From assembly GCF_046119375.1 (NCBI RefSeq), contig NW_027362762.1, positions 667,058,001-667,122,000 on the forward strand: DNA of 64,000 nucleotides, written 5' to 3'. The translations under genes were made by a program, and so were the position numbers. The stretch's first letter is position 1; every line of letters starts with the position of its first letter. Below are positions 60,848-64,000 of this stretch, piece after piece. The notes beneath the pieces are model-generated. The model searched no databases. It saw only the letters and a program-made list of their open reading frames with translations, and was not told the origin of the DNA. This stretch comes from Phyllobates terribilis. Taxonomy: Eukaryota.

Positions 60848-61822
60848 TGTGACACCCCAGGGGTCTGGTTGTCACAGTGATAGAGATATTACGTCTGAGA
60901 GCAGGTGGGAGGTCCTTTGGTCAGGGATCCTGTGCATGCCACACCTCCTGCCCAGCCTTGGGAGGGGAAGAACTTCCCCTGTATAAACCCGGGGCTGAGG
61001 CAGGGTTAGTGAGTCCAGGAAGAGTAGAGACAAGAGCAGCATAGGAAGCAGCAGAGTCACAAGGAGTCAGGGGCTGGCAGCTAAAGAGCTCGCCCTGACT
61101 AAGAAGATTCTTTACCGGACCCGGAGTCCGAGGCTGTGGGGACTAACTTCTACCCAGCAGCAGAATCCGTCAGGCAGGGGATTTCAGGTCCCCTGGCCCA
61201 GAAGCCCGAAGGCCCGGTCACACGCGTGGGACCAGCACCGCCATCGTGGAGCGGAAGCCATTAGAAGGCCCCGAGTCACCGGCCATACGGGTGAGCACCA
61301 CACGGTACACTCAGGGACGTGGGCTACTTACATCAGCTTCTAGCAAGGTAGCCAGAAGAGTACAGTCAGCTTGGGAGGCCTACAACTACGCCTGGCCAGG
61401 GGAGATCCCATCTGCTCAAGGACTGACCAGGCCCCGTTCGCTAGCAAGTACTCCGGGAGGGTCTATCGTTGTTACCAGTAAAGACCCTGAACGCTACCAT
61501 ACCGTCTCTGAGTGGTTCCTGCTACCCCCATCATCCACGTCGGCTGCCCTGAGGCCATACCCCTCCCGTTGGGGGTTATACTATCACGCTGCACCATCCT
61601 TCCACCGGCCTCAGCGGTCTGCCCTGCAGCAGCAGCCCCCTGGCTGCATTCAACGGGTGGCGTAGTCATCAACCATTTTCTACCGCTAACAGACTGCCGT
61701 CCAGTTTGACTCCCTGGGCACGGACCGGGTCACCGCCACGAGACTACAACCCTAAACAGATCCGGCTCCGGGTAAGCTCCCGCGTGCGCAACGCAGCGCG
61801 ACACAGGCCCAGGGGCGCGTCA
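60848..61822 (+). mobile_element. Gypsy 5' LTR (975 bp); the element continues beyond the window
   Basis: TGTGAC...GCGTCA termini; TATAAA at ~60982; followed by PBS, gag and pol. Confidence 0.9.
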
Positions 61823-61826
61823 ACTT

Positions 61827-61844
61827 TGGCGTAGTCGGCAGGAT
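61827..61844 (+). promoter_or_regulatory. Primer-binding site complementary to the tRNA-Ser 3' end
   Basis: TGGCGTAGTCGGCAGGAT, 4 nt after the LTR; complements ...AUCCUGCCGACUACGCCA. Confidence 0.85.
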
Positions 61845-62233
61845 CACGTGCCCGCAACCACCGGGTACTGCGTGCCTGAAAAGCAAAGACTGTTCAAACT
61901 TACCAGTGGTGAAGATTCCCGCCATCGGTGAAGATTCCCGCCATCCGGCGCCATCTTCAGCCTTCTTCCCGCCATCGGTGAAGTTTCCCGCCATCCGGCG
62001 CCATCTTCAGCCTTCTTCCCGCCATCCGTGGAGTTTTCCCGCCATTGGACGCCATCTTGAGGACGCCGCGCGGGAAGAAGAGGGGCGTGGACTCCGAAAG
62101 CGCGCGAGAACTGAAGCCCCGCCTCACGTCCGGACGTTGCGTAAGGTCCTGGAAGGAGCCCAGCAGACGCCGACGTCACAGGAGCGCGACGGAAGGTCCT
62201 CAACCCTGACGATCCACTGCGGAGCCGCGGCCT

Positions 62234-63265
62234 ATGGAACAGGATCATCGCAAGGTAGGCCACGGTCCACTAGGGGGGAGGAAGATGTCGGATACGGAGG
62301 AGAGCTCCACTGCCTCAACCCCCGCCAGCGCTACCGCTGTTGCAGTTATGCCCTTCACCATGCCCTATATCCCGGGAGCAGCTTGGCTACCCCAGTACTC
62401 AGGGGAGTCACATACCCTGCATGACTTTAGAGAAAAGCTGGATAGCCTCTTCCAGGTGTACCCCCTCACAGAAGAGCAAAAAGTGAGCATCCTGGTGGCC
62501 CAACTAACTGGGGCAGCCAAAAGGGAAGTAAAATCCTGGCCACCTGGGAGGAAGACTGTCGCAGGGATACTAACCCGGCTGAAGGACACCTTTGATACCC
62601 GCACCTCAGCCGAGATTAAACTTAGATTCTACGGGTGCAAGCAGCGAGCGCATGAGAGTATAAGGGACTATGCACTCAACCTACAAGAGGCCCTGAGGGC
62701 CATTAAGCAGACCGACCCTAATGGAGTGGGAAACGAGGACAGGCTGTTGACCGAACAATTTATAGAGGGTTTATATTGCAATGCCCACCGCACCCAGTTG
62801 CGGGCAATGGCCTTACAGGACCCTCATCTAGAATTTGCACAGTTCAAGGACAGAGCCATCCGGGTGCTCCGAGAACCGGCACCAGGTGGCGTTGCGACCC
62901 ACAGACGCCCCACTACCACTTACTACCAGGAGGCGGCGCCCTTGTCAGCAGGGCCTGTGGGAGCTGATGCGCAGGCTTTGGACAATGACCCGGCTCCAGA
63001 CCTACACCATCAGGTCCAAGAGCTAGCTAAAAGCGTTGCTGCGCTAACCCGAACTGTGCAGTCTTTACAGGTTTCCACTCCAGGGAAGATCCAGCTGGCA
63101 TCCGGACCGGAGGACATCCCGTGGCGTCGACCAAGGAGGACCCCACCGGCCAGAGGAAGACCCAGTGACCGATACAGCGAGGACGGACGACCCATCTGCC
63201 GCCGCTGCAATCAACCCGGACATATGGAAAGGTACTGTTCTTTAAACGGGCACAACCTGGGGTAG
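62234..63265 (+). CDS. gag: Gypsy Gag (start at 62234 or 62285) with a C-terminal CCHC knuckle
   Basis: Open 343-aa ORF; capsid-like LPQYSGE..FY..KQRAHESIRDY; CRRCNQPGHMERYC. Confidence 0.9.
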   Translation: MEQDHRKVGHGPLGGRKMSDTEESSTASTPASATAVAVMPFTMPYIPGAAWLPQYSGESHTLHDFREKLDSLFQVYPLTEEQKVSILVAQLTGAAKREVKSWPPGRKTVAGILTRLKDTFDTRTSAEIKLRFYGCKQRAHESIRDYALNLQEALRAIKQTDPNGVGNEDRLLTEQFIEGLYCNAHRTQLRAMALQDPHLEFAQFKDRAIRVLREPAPGGVATHRRPTTTYYQEAAPLSAGPVGADAQALDNDPAPDLHHQVQELAKSVAALTRTVQSLQVSTPGKIQLASGPEDIPWRRPRRTPPARGRPSDRYSEDGRPICRRCNQPGHMERYCSLNGHNLG

Positions 63266-63300
63266 AGGGCCAACCCCCAGGAAAAAGATCACCAGGCCCA
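63241..63300 (+). promoter_or_regulatory. -1 ribosomal frameshift signal (T TTA AAC plus stem-loop or pseudoknot)
   Basis: Heptamer in canonical X XXY YYZ register in the gag frame; CCTGGGG/CCCCAGG stem starts 8 nt downstream. Confidence 0.8.
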
Positions 63301-64000
63301 TCGAACTGGCGCGACAGATATGTGGGAGGACGTCCAGTCTTGCCTGTGGTACTGGATGGCATTCCCATGAGTGCCCTACTGGACACCGGGTCACAGGTCA
63401 CCACCATCCCGTACGTGCTCTTCAAGCAGTACTGGAATGACTCGGATATTACCCGCTACCCTGACGACGACTTGAGTATCATCGCCAGCAATGGTCAGCC
63501 CGTGCCACAGATCGGATTTAAAGAGGTGACCATCAAAATTGGTAGAGTCGAACTGGCCGCACAGGGACTGATCATTGTAGATATTGACAAACATGAGAGT
63601 CACCCAAAAATAACTCTAGGAACTAATGTAATTGAAAATTGTCTTGCAGAGGTGATTTTCCTTTTACAGCAGGTTGCCAAGAATGCCAGCTCCGGCGAGC
63701 AGCGGGTGCTCCAGAAAGAGATCCGGGCACTGATGCAACGGCAACAAGTGGAACTCTCCGGCGGTGAGATTGGTAGCGTAAGAATGTGTGACCCTTTTCC
63801 TATTGCCATGCCCCCAAAAAGTGAAATGATGATTTGGTGCCGGGCAGCTATTGGTCTGAGAGGTAGAGATTACCAGGCAATGGTAGAACCAGTTTACTCA
63901 GACAGTAGGCCCACCATTTTGACAGCACGGGGGGTGGTCAATGTACGCCATGGGAGGGTGCCCGTTCGCATAATAAATATCGGGGAGAGGGAAGTGTACC
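63241..64000 (+). CDS. pol: Gypsy Pol N-terminus (aspartic protease), -1 frame relative to gag, open to the window end
   Basis: ALLDTGSQVT protease motif; no stop codon from 63241 to 64000. Confidence 0.9.

Overview
Eukaryotic genomic DNA, very probably from a frog (inferred from the transposon repertoire and intron style); it is not prokaryotic. One apparently intact host gene is present: a 15-coding-exon, 638-aa MAST-family AGC kinase (24084-32792, +) that starts mid-DUF1908 and lacks the PDZ half. The rest is nested transposons and minisatellites. Four copies of one large hAT family dominate: A 1-4133 (truncated); B 5946-16204 (complete, with TIRs and an 8-bp TSD, inserted in an L1); and C-left 42738-49336 plus C-right 49348-60606, fused head-to-head as an ~18-kb imperfect palindrome. 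The family encodes a ~1233-aa BED-finger/DDE transposase flanked on both sides by one ~110-bp tandem repeat. It carries a ~270-bp 18S rRNA fragment about 0.45-0.5 kb from its 3' terminus. Between the transposase and the 18S piece it holds copy-specific stacks of cargo (L1, Gypsy solo LTR, Tc1, SGNH-hydrolase and BED fragments). Also present: a 5.9-kb non-autonomous, palindrome-rich hAT, a Tc1 pseudogene, Kolobok/T2 and Harbinger MITEs, a V-SINE, a CR1 fragment, five minisatellite arrays, and the 5' end of an intact-looking Gypsy element with a tRNA-Ser PBS and a -1 frameshift signal. All family assignments come from motif recognition by eye; no database search was run.
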